Source: Eledone cirrhosa (taxonomy: Eukaryota). Taken from it: a DNA stretch of 64,000 nucleotides. Positions within the stretch are counted from its first letter, which is position 1. Each line of letters opens with the position of its first letter. Of the stretch, positions 25,270 through 37,400 are shown piece after piece. Location: the NCBI GenBank assembly GCA_964016885.1, contig CAXHJY010000898.1, positions 1 to 64,000 of the forward strand. The letters run 5' to 3'. The notes beneath the pieces are model-generated. The model was not told the origin of the DNA. It was given only the letters and a program-made list of their open reading frames with translations, and did not search any database. A program made the position numbers and the translations under genes.

Positions 25270-28200
25270 GCTTAGCTTAGCTTAGCTTAGGATAGCTTAG
25301 CTTAGCTTAGCTTAGGATAGCTTAGCTTAGCTTAGCTTAGGATAGCTTAGCTTAGCTTAGGATAGCTTAGCTTAGCTTAGGATAGCTTAGCTTAGCTTAG
25401 GATAGCTTAGCTTAGGATAGTTTAGCTTAGGATAGCTTAGGATAGCTTAGCTTAGGATAGCTTAGGATAGCTTAGCTTAGGATAGCTTAGCTTAGCTTAG
25501 CTTAGGATAGCTTAGCTTAGCTTAGGTAGCTTAGCTTAGCTTAGCTTAGGATAGCTTAGCTTAGGATAGCTTAGGATAGCTTAGCTTAGCTTAGCTTAGG
25601 ATAGCTTAGCATAGCTTAGGATAGCTTAGCTTAGCTTAGGTTAGCTTAGCTTAGCTTAGGATAGCTTAGCTTAGCTTAGCTTAGGATAGCTTAGCTTAGC
25701 TTAGCTTAGGATAGCTTAGCTTAGCTTAGCTTAGGATAGCTTAGCTTAGCTTAGCTTAGGATAGCTTAGCTTAGCTTAGCTTAGGATAGCTTAGCTTAGC
25801 TTAGCTTAGGATAGCTTAGCTTAGCTTAGCTTAGGATAGCTTAGCTTAGCTTAGTTTAGGATAGCTTAGCTTAGGATAGCTTAGCTTAGCTTAGGATAGC
25901 TTAGCTTAGCTTAGCTTAGGATAGCTTAGCTTAGCTTAGCTTAGGATAGCTCAGCTTAGCTTAGCTAAGGATAGCTTAGCTTAGCTTGGCTTAGGATAGC
26001 TTAGCTTAGCTTAGCTTAGGATAGCTTAGCTTAGCTTAGCTTAGGATAGCTTAGCTTAGCTTAGCTTAGGATAGCTTAGCTTAGCTTAGCTTAGGATAGC
26101 TTAGCTTAATTTAGGATAGCTTAGTTTAGCTTGGCTTAGGATAGCTTAGCTTAGCTTTGCTTAGGATAGCTTAGCTTAGGATAGCTTAGGATAGCTTAGC
26201 TTAGCATAGCTTAGGATAGCTTAGTTTAGGATAGCTTAGCTTAGGATAGCTTAGGATAGCTTAGCTTAGGATAGCTTAGGATAGCTTAGCTTAGGATAGC
26301 TTAGCTTAGGATAGCTTAGCTTAGCTTAGATTAGGATAGCTTAGCTTAGCTTAGCTTAGGATAGCTTAGGATAGCTTAGCTTAGGATAGCTTAGGATAGC
26401 TTAGCTTAGGATAGCTTAGCTTAGGATAGCTTAGCTTAGGATAGCTTAGGATAGCTTAGCTTAGGATAGCTTAGCTTAGGATAGCTTAGGATAGCTTAGC
26501 TTAGCTTAGGATAGCTTAGCTTAGCTTAGCTTATGATAGCTTAGCTTAGCTTAGCTTAGCTTAGGATAGCTTAGCTTAGCTTAGCTTAGGATAGCTTAGG
26601 ATAGCTTAGCTTAGGATAGCTTAGCTTAGCTTAGCTTAGGATAGCTTAGGATAGCTTAGCTTAGTAAAGCTTAGGATAGCTTAGCTTAGGATAGCTTAGC
26701 TTAGGATAGCTTAGCTTAGCTTAGCTTAGGAGAGCTTAGCTTAGGAAAGCTTAGGATAGCTTAGCTTAGGATAGCTTAGCTTAGGATAGCTTAGGATAGC
26801 TTAGCTTAGCTTAGCTTAGGATAGCTTAGCTTAGCTTAGCTTAGGATAGCTTAGCTTAGCTTAGGATAGCTTAGCTTAGCTTACCTTAGGATAGCTTAGC
26901 TTAGCTTAGCTTAGGATAGCTTAGCTTAGCTTAGCTTAGGATAGCTTAGCTTAGCTTAGGATAGCTTAGCTTAGCTTAGCTTAGGATAGCTTAGCTTAGG
27001 ATAGCTTAGCTTAGGTTAGCTTAGCTTAGCTTAGCTTAGGATAGCTTAGGATAGCTTAGCTTAGGATAGCTTAGCTTAGCTTAGCTTAGGATAGCTTAGC
27101 TTAGCTTAGGATAGCTTAGCTTAGGATAGCTTAGGATAGCTTAGCTTAGCTTAGCTTAGCTTAGGATAGCTTAGCTTAGCTTAGCTTAGGATAGCTTAGC
27201 TTAGCTTAGGATAGCTTAGCTTAGCTTAGCTTAGGATAGCTTAGGATAGCTTAGGATAGCTTAGGATAGCTTAGCTTAGGATAGCTTAGCTTAGCTTAGC
27301 TTAGGATAGCTTAGCTTAGCTTAGCTTAGGATAGCTTAGCTTAGCTTAGGATAGCTTAGCTTAGCTTAGCTTAGGATAGCTTAGCTTAGCTTAGCTTAGG
27401 ATAGCTTAGCTTAGCTTAGCTTAGGATAGCTTAGCTTAGCTTAACTTAGGATAGCTTAGCTTAGCTTAGCTTAGGATAGCTTAGCTTAGCTTAGGATAGC
27501 TTAGCTTAGCTTAGCTTAGGATAGCTTAGCTTAGCTTAGGATAGCTTAGCTTAGCTTAGCTTAGGAGAGCTTAGCTTAGCTTAGCTTAGGATAGCTTAGC
27601 TTAGCTTAGCTTAGGATAGCTTAGCTTAGCTTAGCTTAGGATAGCTTAGCTTAGCTTAGCTTAGGATAGCTTAGCTTAGCTTAGCTTAGGATAGCTTAGC
27701 TTAGCTTAGGATAGCTTAGCTTAGCTTAGGATAGCTTAGCTTAGCTTAGGATAGCTTAGCTTAGGATAGTTTAGCTTAGGATAGCTTAGGATAGCTTAGC
27801 TTAGGATAGCTTAGGATAGCTTAGCTTAGGATAGCTTAGCTTAGCTTAGCTTAGGATAGCTTAGCTTAGCTTAGGTAGCTTAGCTTAGCTTAGCTTAGGA
27901 TAGCTTAGCTTAGGATAGCTTAGGATAGCTTAGCTTAGCTTAGCTTAGGATAGCTTAGCATAGCTTAGGATAGCTTAGCTTAGCTTAGGTTAGCTTAGCT
28001 TAGCTTAGGATAGCTTAGCTTAGCTTAGCTTAGGATAGCTTAGCTTAGCTTAGCTTAGGATAGCTTAGCTTAGCTTAGCTTAGGATAGCTTAGCTTAGCT
28101 TAGCTTAGGATAGCTTAGCTTAGCTTAGCTTAGGATAGCTTAGCTTAGCTTAGCTTAGGATAGCTTAGCTTAGCTTAGCTTAGGATAGCTTAGCTTAGCT

Positions 28201-30000
28201 TAGTTTAGGATAGCTTAGCTTAGGATAGCTTAGCTTAGCTTAGGATAGCTTAGCTTAGCTTAGCTTAGGATAGCTTAGCTTAGCTTAGCTTAGGATAGCT
28301 CAGCTTAGCTTAGCTAAGGATAGCTTAGCTTAGCTTGGCTTAGGATAGCTTAGCTTAGCTTAGCTTAGGATAGCTTAGCTTAGCTTAGCTTAGGATAGCT
28401 TAGCTTAGCTTAGCTTAGGATAGCTTAGCTTAGCTTAGCTTAGGATAGCTTAGCTTAATTTAGGATAGCTTAGTTTAGCTTGGCTTAGGATAGCTTAGCT
28501 TAGCTTTGCTTAGGATAGCTTAGCTTAGGATAGCTTAGGATAGCTTAGCTTAGCATAGCTTAGGATAGCTTAGTTTAGGATAGCTTAGCTTAGGATAGCT
28601 TAGGATAGCTTAGCTTAGGATAGCTTAGGATAGCTTAGCTTAGGATAGCTTAGCTTAGGATAGCTTAGCTTAGCTTAGATTAGGATAGCTTAGCTTAGCT
28701 TAGCTTAGGATAGCTTAGGATAGCTTAGCTTAGGATAGCTTAGGATAGCTTAGCTTAGGATAGCTTAGCTTAGGATAGCTTAGCTTAGGATAGCTTAGGA
28801 TAGCTTAGCTTAGGATAGCTTAGCTTAGGATAGCTTAGGATAGCTTAGCTTAGCTTAGGATAGCTTAGCTTAGCTTAGCTTATGATAGCTTAGCTTAGCT
28901 TAGCTTAGCTTAGGATAGCTTAGCTTAGCTTAGCTTAGGATAGCTTAGGATAGCTTAGCTTAGGATAGCTTAGCTTAGCTTAGCTTAGGATAGCTTAGGA
29001 TAGCTTAGCTTAGTAAAGCTTAGGATAGCTTAGCTTAGGATAGCTTAGCTTAGGATAGCTTAGCTTAGCTTAGCTTAGGAGAGCTTAGCTTAGGAAAGCT
29101 TAGGATAGCTTAGCTTAGGATAGCTTAGCTTAGGATAGCTTAGGATAGCTTAGCTTAGCTTAGCTTAGGATAGCTTAGCTTAGCTTAGCTTAGGATAGCT
29201 TAGCTTAGCTTAGGATAGCTTAGCTTAGCTTACCTTAGGATAGCTTAGCTTAGCTTAGCTTAGGATAGCTTAGCTTAGCTTAGCTTAGGATAGCTTAGCT
29301 TAGCTTAGGATAGCTTAGCTTAGCTTAGCTTAGGATAGCTTAGCTTAGGATAGCTTAGCTTAGGTTAGCTTAGCTTAGCTTAGCTTAGGATAGCTTAGGA
29401 TAGCTTAGCTTAGGATAGCTTAGCTTAGCTTAGCTTAGGATAGCTTAGCTTAGCTTAGGATAGCTTAGCTTAGGATAGCTTAGGATAGCTTAGCTTAGCT
29501 TAGCTTAGCTTAGGATAGCTTAGCTTAGCTTAGCTTAGGATAGCTTAGCTTAGCTTAGGATAGCTTAGCTTAGCTTAGCTTAGGATAGCTTAGGATAGCT
29601 TAGGATAGCTTAGGATAGCTTAGCTTAGGATAGCTTAGCTTAGCTTAGCTTAGGATAGCTTAGCTTAGCTTAGCTTAGGATAGCTTAGCTTAGCTTAGGA
29701 TAGCTTAGCTTAGCTTAGCTTAGGATAGCTTAGCTTAGCTTAGCTTAGGATAGCTTAGCTTAGCTTAGCTTAGGATAGCTTAGCTTAGCTTAACTTAGGA
29801 TAGCTTAGCTTAGCTTAGCTTAGGATAGCTTAGCTTAGCTTAGGATAGCTTAGCTTAGCTTAGCTTAGGATAGCTTAGCTTAGCTTAGGATAGCTTAGCT
29901 TAGCTTAGCTTAGGAGAGCTTAGCTTAGCTTAGCTTAGGATAGCTTAGCTTAGCTTAGCTTAGGATAGCTTAGCTTAGCTTAGCTTAGGATAGCTTAGCT
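25270..30000. repeat. Near-perfect tandem duplication, period 2349 bp
   Basis: Constant 2349 offset for GTTTA (T 25421/27770), GGTA (25525/27874), TAAT (26107/28456), TAGTAAAG (26662/29011), TAGGAGA (27562/29911). Confidence 0.95.
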
Positions 30001-30989
30001 TAGCTTAGCTTAGGATAGCTTAGCTTAGCTTAGCTTAGGATAGCTTAGCTTAGCTTAGCTTAGGATAGCTTAGCTTAGCTTAGCTTAGGATAGCTTAGGA
30101 TAGCTTACCTTAGGAGAGCTTAGCTTAGGATAGCTTAGCTTAGGATAGCTTAGGATAACTTAGCTTAGGATAGCTTAGCTTAGGATAGCTTAGCTTAGGA
30201 TAGCTTAGCTTAGGATAGCTTAGGATAGCTTAGCTTAGCTTAGGATAGCTTAGCTTAGCTTTGCTTAGGATAGCTTAGCTTAGCTTAGCTTAGGATAGCT
30301 TAGGATAGCTTAGCTTAGGATAGCTTAGGATAGCTTAGCTTAGGATAGCTTAGCTTAGGATAGCTTAGGATAGCTTAGCTTAGCTTAGCTTAGGATAGCT
30401 TAGCTTAGCTTAGCTTTGGATAGCTTAGCTTAGCTTAGCTTAGCTTAGGATAGCTTAGCTTAGCTTAGGATAGCTTAGGATAGCTTAGCTTAGGATAGCT
30501 TAGGATAGCTTAGCTTAGGATAGCTTAGCTTAAGATAGCTTAGGATAGCTTAGCTTAGGATAGCTTAGCTTAGGATAGCTTAGCTTAGCTTAGCTTAGGA
30601 TAGCTTAGCTTGGGATAGCTTAGGATAGCTTAGCTTAGGATAGCTTAGGATAGCTTAGCTTAGCTTAGCTTAGGATAGCTTACCTTAGCTTAGGATAGAT
30701 TAGCTTAGCTTAGCTTAGGATAGCTTAGCTTAGCTTAGGATAGCTTAGCTTAGCTTAGCTTAGGATAGCTTAGCTTAGGATAGCTTAGCTTAGGATAGCT
30801 TAGCTTAGGATAGCTTAGCTTAGGATAGCTTAGCTTAGGTAGCTTAGCTTAGCTTAGCTTAGGTTAGCTTAGCTTAGCTTAGCTTAGGATAGCTTAGCTT
30901 AGGATAGCTTAGGATAGCTTAGCTTAGCTTAGCTTAGGATAGCTTAGCTTAGCTTAGCTTAGGATAGCTTAGCTTAGCTTAGGATAGCT

Positions 30990-33900
30990 TAGCTTAGCTT
31001 AGCTTAGGATAGCTTAGCTTAGCTTAGCTTAGGATAGCTTAGCTTAGCTTAGCTTAGGATAGCTTAGCTTAGCTTAGTTTAGGATAGCTTAGGTTAGGAT
31101 AGCTTAGCTTAGCTTAGCTTAGGATAGCTTAGCTTAGCTTAGCTTAGCTTAGGATAGCTTAGCTTAGCTTAGCTTAGGATAGCTTAGCTTAGCTTAGGAT
31201 AGCTTAGCTTAGCTTAGCTTAGGATAGCTTAGCTTAGCTTAGCTTAGGATAGCTTAGCTTAGCTTAGGATAGCTTAGCTTGGCTTAGCTTAGGATAGCTT
31301 AGCTTAGCTTGGCTTAGGATAGCCTAGCTTAGCTTAGCTTAGGATGGCTTAGCTTAGCTTAGCTTAGGATAGCTTAGCTTAGCTTAGCTTAGCTTAGTTT
31401 AGGATAGCTTAGCTTAGCTTAGCTTAGGATAGCTTAGGATAGCTTAGCTTAGGATAGCTTAGGATAGCTTAGCTTAGGATAGCTTAGGATAGCTTAGCTT
31501 AGGATAGCTTAGCTTAGGATAGATTAGCTTAGGATAGCTTATGATAGCTTAGCTTAGGATAGCTTAGGATAGCTTAGGATAGCTTAGCTTAGGATAGCTT
31601 AGCTTAGGATAGCTTAGGAAAGCTTAGCTTAGCTTAGCTTAGGATAGCTTAGCTTAGCTTAGGATAGCTTAGCTTAGCTTAGCTTAGCTTAGGATAGCTT
31701 AGCTTAGCTTAGCTTAGGATAGCTTAGGATAGCTTAGCTTAGGATAACTTAGGATAGCTTAGCTTAGGATAGCTTAGGATAGCTTAGCTTAGGATAGCTT
31801 AGCTTAGGATAGCTTAGCTTAGCTTAGCTTAGCTTAGGATAGCTTAGGATAGCTTAGGATAGCTTAGCTTAGGATAGCTTAGCTTAGGATAGCTTAGGAT
31901 AGCTTAGCTTAGCTTAGCTTAGGATAGCTTAGCTTAGCTTAGCTTAGGATAGCTTAGCTTAGCTTTGCTTAGGATAGCTTAGCTTAGGATAGCTTAGGAT
32001 AGCTTAGCTTAGCATAGCTTAGGATAGCTTAGCTTAGGATAGCTTAGCTTAGGATAGCTTAGGATAGCTTAGCTTAGGATAGCTTAGGATAGCTTAGCTT
32101 AGGATAGCTTAGCTTAGGATAGCTTAGCTTAGCTTAGATTAGGATAGCTTAGCTTAGCTTAGCTTAGGATAGCTTAGGATAGCTTAGCTTAGGATAGCTT
32201 AGGATAGCTTAGCTTAGGATAGCTTAGCTTAGGATAGCTTAGCTTAGGATAGCTTAGGATAGCTTAGCTTAGGATAGCTTAGCTTAGGATAGCTTAGGAT
32301 AGCTTAGCTTAGCTTAGGATAGCTTAGCTTAGCTTAGCTTATGATAGCTTAGCTTAGCTTAGCTTAGCTTAGGATAGCTTAGCTTAGCTTAGCTTAGGAT
32401 AGCTTAGGATAGCTTAGCTTAGGATAGCTTAGCTTAGCTTAGCTTAGGATAGCTTAGGATAGCTTAGCTTAGGATAGCTTAGGATAGCTTAGCTTAGGAT
32501 AGCTTAGCTTAGGATAGCTTAGCTTAGCTTAGCTTAGGAGAGCTTAGCTTAGGAAAGCTTAGGATAGCTTAGCTTAGGATAGCTTAGGATAGCTTAGCTT
32601 AGCTTAGCTTAGGATAGCTTAGCTTAGCTTAGCTTAGGATAGCTTAGCTTAGCTTAGGATAGCTTAGCTTAGCTTACCTTAGGATAGCTTAGCTTAGCTT
32701 AGCTTAGGATAGCTTAGCTTAGCTTAGCTTAGGATAGCTTAGCTTAGCTTAGCTTAGGATAGCTTAGCTTAGCTTAGCTTAGGATAGCTTAGCTTAGCTT
32801 AGTTTAGGATAGCTTAGGTTAGGATAGCTTAGCTTAGCTTAGCTTAGGATAGCTTAGCTTAGCTTAGCTTAGCTTAGGATAGCTTAGCTTAGCTTAGCTT
32901 AGGATAGCTTAGCTTAGCTTAGGATAGCTTAGCTTAGCTTAGCTTAGGATAGCTTAGCTTAGCTTAGCTTAGGATAGCTTAGCTTAGCTTAGCTTAGGAT
33001 AGCTTAGCTTGGCTTAGCTTAGGATAGCTTAGCTTAGCTTGGCTTAGGATAGCCTAGCTTAGCTTAGCTTAGGATGGCTTAGCTTAGCTTAGCTTAGGAT
33101 AGCTTAGCTTAGCTTAGCTTAGCTTAGTTTAGGATAGCTTAGCTTAGCTTAGCTTAGGATAGCTTAGGATAGCTTAGCTTAGGATAGCTTAGGATAGCTT
33201 AGCTTAGGATAGCTTAGGATAGCTTAGCTTAGGATAGCTTAGCTTAGGATAGATTAGCTTAGGATAGCTTATGATAGCTTAGCTTAGGATAGCTTAGGAT
33301 AGCTTAGGATAGCTTAGCTTAGGATAGCTTAGCTTAGGATAGCTTAGGAAAGCTTAGCTTAGCTTAGCTTAGGATAGCTTAGCTTAGCTTAGGATAGCTT
33401 AGCTTAGCTTAGCTTAGCTTAGGATAGCTTAGCTTAGCTTAGCTTAGGATAGCTTAGGATAGCTTAGCTTAGGATAACTTAGGATAGCTTAGCTTAGGAT
33501 AGCTTAGGATAGCTTAGCTTAGGATAGCTTAGCTTAGGATAGCTTAGCTTAGCTTAGCTTAGCTTAGGATAGCTTAGGATAGCTTAGGATAGCTTAGCTT
33601 AGGATAGCTTAGCTTAGGATAGCTTAGGATAGCTTAGCTTAGCTTAGCTTAGGATAGCTTAGCTTAGCTTAGCTTAGGATAGCTTAGCTTAGCTTTGCTT
33701 AGGATAGCTTAGCTTAGGATAGCTTAGGATAGCTTAGCTTAGCATAGCTTAGGATAGCTTAGCTTAGGATAGCTTAGCTTAGGATAGCTTAGGATAGCTT
33801 AGCTTAGGATAGCTTAGGATAGCTTAGCTTAGGATAGCTTAGCTTAGGATAGCTTAGCTTAGCTTAGATTAGGATAGCTTAGCTTAGCTTAGCTTAGGAT

Positions 33901-34460
33901 AGCTTAGGATAGCTTAGCTTAGGATAGCTTAGGATAGCTTAGCTTAGGATAGCTTAGCTTAGGATAGCTTAGCTTAGGATAGCTTAGGATAGCTTAGCTT
34001 AGGATAGCTTAGCTTAGGATAGCTTAGGATAGCTTAGCTTAGCTTAGGATAGCTTAGCTTAGCTTAGCTTATGATAGCTTAGCTTAGCTTAGCTTAGCTT
34101 AGGATAGCTTAGCTTAGCTTAGCTTAGGATAGCTTAGGATAGCTTGGCTTAGGATAGCTTAGCTTAGCTTAGCTTAGGATAGCTTAGGATAGCTTAGCTT
34201 AGGATAGCTTAGGATAGCTTAGCTTAGGATAGCTTAGCTTAGGATAGCTTAGCTTAGCTTAGCTTAGGAGAGCTTAGCTTAGGAAAGCTTAGGATAGCTT
34301 AGCTTAGGATAGCTTAGCTTAGGATAGCTTAGGATAGCTTAGCTTAGCTTAGCTTAGGATAGCTTAGCTTAGCTTAGCTTAGGATAGCTTAGCTTAGCTT
34401 AGGATAGCTTAGCTTAGCTTACCTTAGGATAGCTTAGCTTAGCTTAGCTTAGGATAGCTT
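30990..34460. repeat. Tandem duplication, period ~1730 bp
   Basis: AGGATGG 31341/33071, ATGAT 31541/33271 and 32341/34071, AGGATAAC 31741/33471 (all 1730); edge markers 1725-1745. Confidence 0.92.
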
Positions 34461-37400
34461 AGCTTAGCTTAGCTTAGGATAGCTTAGCTTAGCTTAGCTT
34501 AGGATAGCTTAGCTTAGGATAGCTTAGCTTAGGTTAGCTTAGCTTAGCTTAGCTTAGGATAGCTTAGGATAGCTTAGCTTAGCTTAGCTTAGGATAGCTT
34601 AGCTTAGCTTAGGATAGCTTAGCTTAGGATAGCTTAGGATAGCTTAGCTTAGCTTAGCTTAGCTTAGGATAGCTTAGCTTAGCTTAGCTTAGGATAGCTT
34701 AGCTTAGCTTAGGATAGCTTAGCTTAGCTTAGCTTAGGATAGCTTAGGATAGCTTAGGATAGCTTAGGATAGCTTAGCTTAGGATAGCTTAGCTTAGCTT
34801 AGCTTAGGTAGCTTAGCTTAGCTTAGCTTAGGATAGCTTAGCTTAGCTTAGGATAGCTTAGCTTAGCTTAGCTTAGGATAGCTTAGCTTAGCTTAGCTTA
34901 GGATAGCTTAGCTTAGCTTAGCTTAGGTTAGCTTAGCTTAGCTTAACTTAGGATAGCTTAGCTTAGCTTAGCTTAGCTTAGGATAGCTTAGCTTAGCTTA
35001 GGATAGCTTAGCTTAGCTTAGCTTAGGATAGCTTAGCTTAGCTTAGGATAGCTTAGCTTAGCTTAGCTTAGGAGAGCTTAGCTTAGCTTAGCTTAGGATA
35101 GCTTAGCTTAGCTTAGCTTAGGATAGCTTAGCTTAGCTTAGCTTAGGATAGCTTAGCTTAGCTTAGCTTAGGATAGCTTAGCTTAGCTTAGCTTAGGATA
35201 GCTTAGCTTAGCTTAGGATAGCTTAGCTTAGCTTAGCTTAGGATAGCTTAGGATAGCTTACCTTAGGAGAGCTTAGCTTAGGATAGCTTAGCTTAGGATA
35301 GCTTAGGATAACTTAGCTTAGGATAGCTTAGCTTAGGATAGCTTAGCTTAGGATAGCTTAGCTTAGGATAGCTTAGGATAGCTTAGCTTAGCTTAGGATA
35401 GCTTAGCTTAGCTTTGCTTAGGATAGCTTAGCTTAGCTTAGCTTAGGATAGCTTAGGATAGCTTAGCTTAGGATAGCTTAGGATAGCTTAGGTTAGGATA
35501 GCTTAGCTTAGGATAGCTTAGGATAGCTTAGCTTAGGATAGCTTAGGATAGCTTAGCTTAGGATAGCTTAGGATAGCTTAGCTTAGGATAGCTTAGCTTA
35601 GGATAGCTTAGGAAAGCTTAGCTTAGCTTAGCTTAGGATAGCTTAGCTTAGCTTAGCTTAGGATAGCTTAGCTTAGCTTAGCTTAGGATAGCTTAGGATA
35701 GCTTAGCTTAGGATAGCTTAGGATAGCTTAGCTTAGGATAGCTTAGCTTATGATAGCTTAGGATAGCTTAGCTTAGGATAGCTTAGGATAGCTTAGCTTA
35801 GGATAGCTTAGCTTAGGATAGCTTAGGATAGCTTAGCTTAGCTTAGCTTAGGATAGCTTAGCTTAGCTTAGCTTAGGATAGCTTAGCTTAGCTTAGCTTA
35901 GGATAGCTTAGCTTAGCTTAGCTTAGGATAGCTTAGCTTAGCTTAGCTTAGGATAGCTTAGCTTAGCTTAGGATAGCTTAGCTTAGCTTAGCTTAGGATA
36001 GCTTAGGATAGCTTACCTTAGGAGAGCTTAGCTTAGGATAGCTTAGCTTAGGATAGCTTAGGATAACTTAGCTTAGGATAGCTTAGCTTAGGATAGCTTA
36101 GCTTAGGATAGCTTAGCTTAGGATAGCTTAGGATAGCTTAGCTTAGCTTAGGATAGCTTAGCTTAGCTTTGCTTAGGATAGCTTAGCTTAGCTTAGCTTA
36201 GGATAGCTTAGGATAGCTTAGCTTAGGATAGCTTAGGATAGCTTAGGTTAGGATAGCTTAGCTTAGGATAGCTTAGGATAGCTTAGCTTAGGATAGCTTA
36301 GGATAGCTTAGCTTAGGATAGCTTAGGATAGCTTAGCTTAGGATAGCTTAGCTTAGGATAGCTTAGGAAAGCTTAGCTTAGCTTAGCTTAGGATAGCTTA
36401 GCTTAGCTTAGCTTAGGATAGCTTAGCTTAGCTTAGCTTAGGATAGCTTAGGATAGCTTAGCTTAGGATAGCTTAGGATAGCTTAGCTTAGGATAGCTTA
36501 GCTTATGATAGCTTAGGATAGCTTAGCTTAGGATAGCTTAGGATAGCTTAGCTTAGGATAGCTTAGCTTAGGATAGCTTAGGATAGCTTAGCTTAGCTTA
36601 GCTTAGGATAGCTTAGCTTAGCTTAGCTTAGGATAGCTTAGCTTAGCTTAGCTTAGGATAGCTTAGCTTAGCTTAGGATAGCTTAGGATAGCTTAGCTTA
36701 GGATAGCTTAGGATAGCTTAGCTTAGGATAGCTTAGGATAGCTTAGCTTAGGATAGCTTAGGATAGCTTAGCTTAGGATAGCTTAGCTTAGGATAGCTTA
36801 GCTTAGCTTAGCTTAGGATAGCTTAGCTTAGGATAGCTTAGGATAGCTTAGCTTAGGATAGCTTAGCTTAGGATAGCTTAGGATAGCTTAGCTTAGCTTA
36901 GCTTAGGATAGCTTAGCTTAGCTTAGCTTAGGATAGCTTAGCTTAGCTTAGCTTAGGATAGCTTAGCTTAGCTTAGCTTAGGATAGCTTAGGATAGCTTA
37001 GCTTAGCTTAGCTTAGCTTAGGATAGCTTAGCTTAGCTTAGCTTAGGATAGCTTAGCTTAGCTTAGCTTAGGATAGCTTAGCTTAGCTTAGCTTAGGATA
37101 GCTTAGCTTAGATTAGCTTAGGATAGCTTAGCTTAGCTTAGCTTAGGATAGCTTAGGTTAGCTTAGGATAGCTTAGCTTAGGATAGCTTAGCTTAGGATA
37201 GCTTAGCTTAGGTTAGCTTAGCTTAGCTTAGGATAGCTTAGGATAGCTTAGCTTAGGATAGCTTAGCTTAGCTTAGGATAGCTTAGCTTAGCTTAGGATA
37301 GCTTAGCTTAGCTTAGCTTAGCTTAGGATAGCTTAGCTTAGGATAGCTTAGGATAGCTTAGCTTAGCTTAGGATAGCTTAGCTTAGCTTAGCTTAGGATA

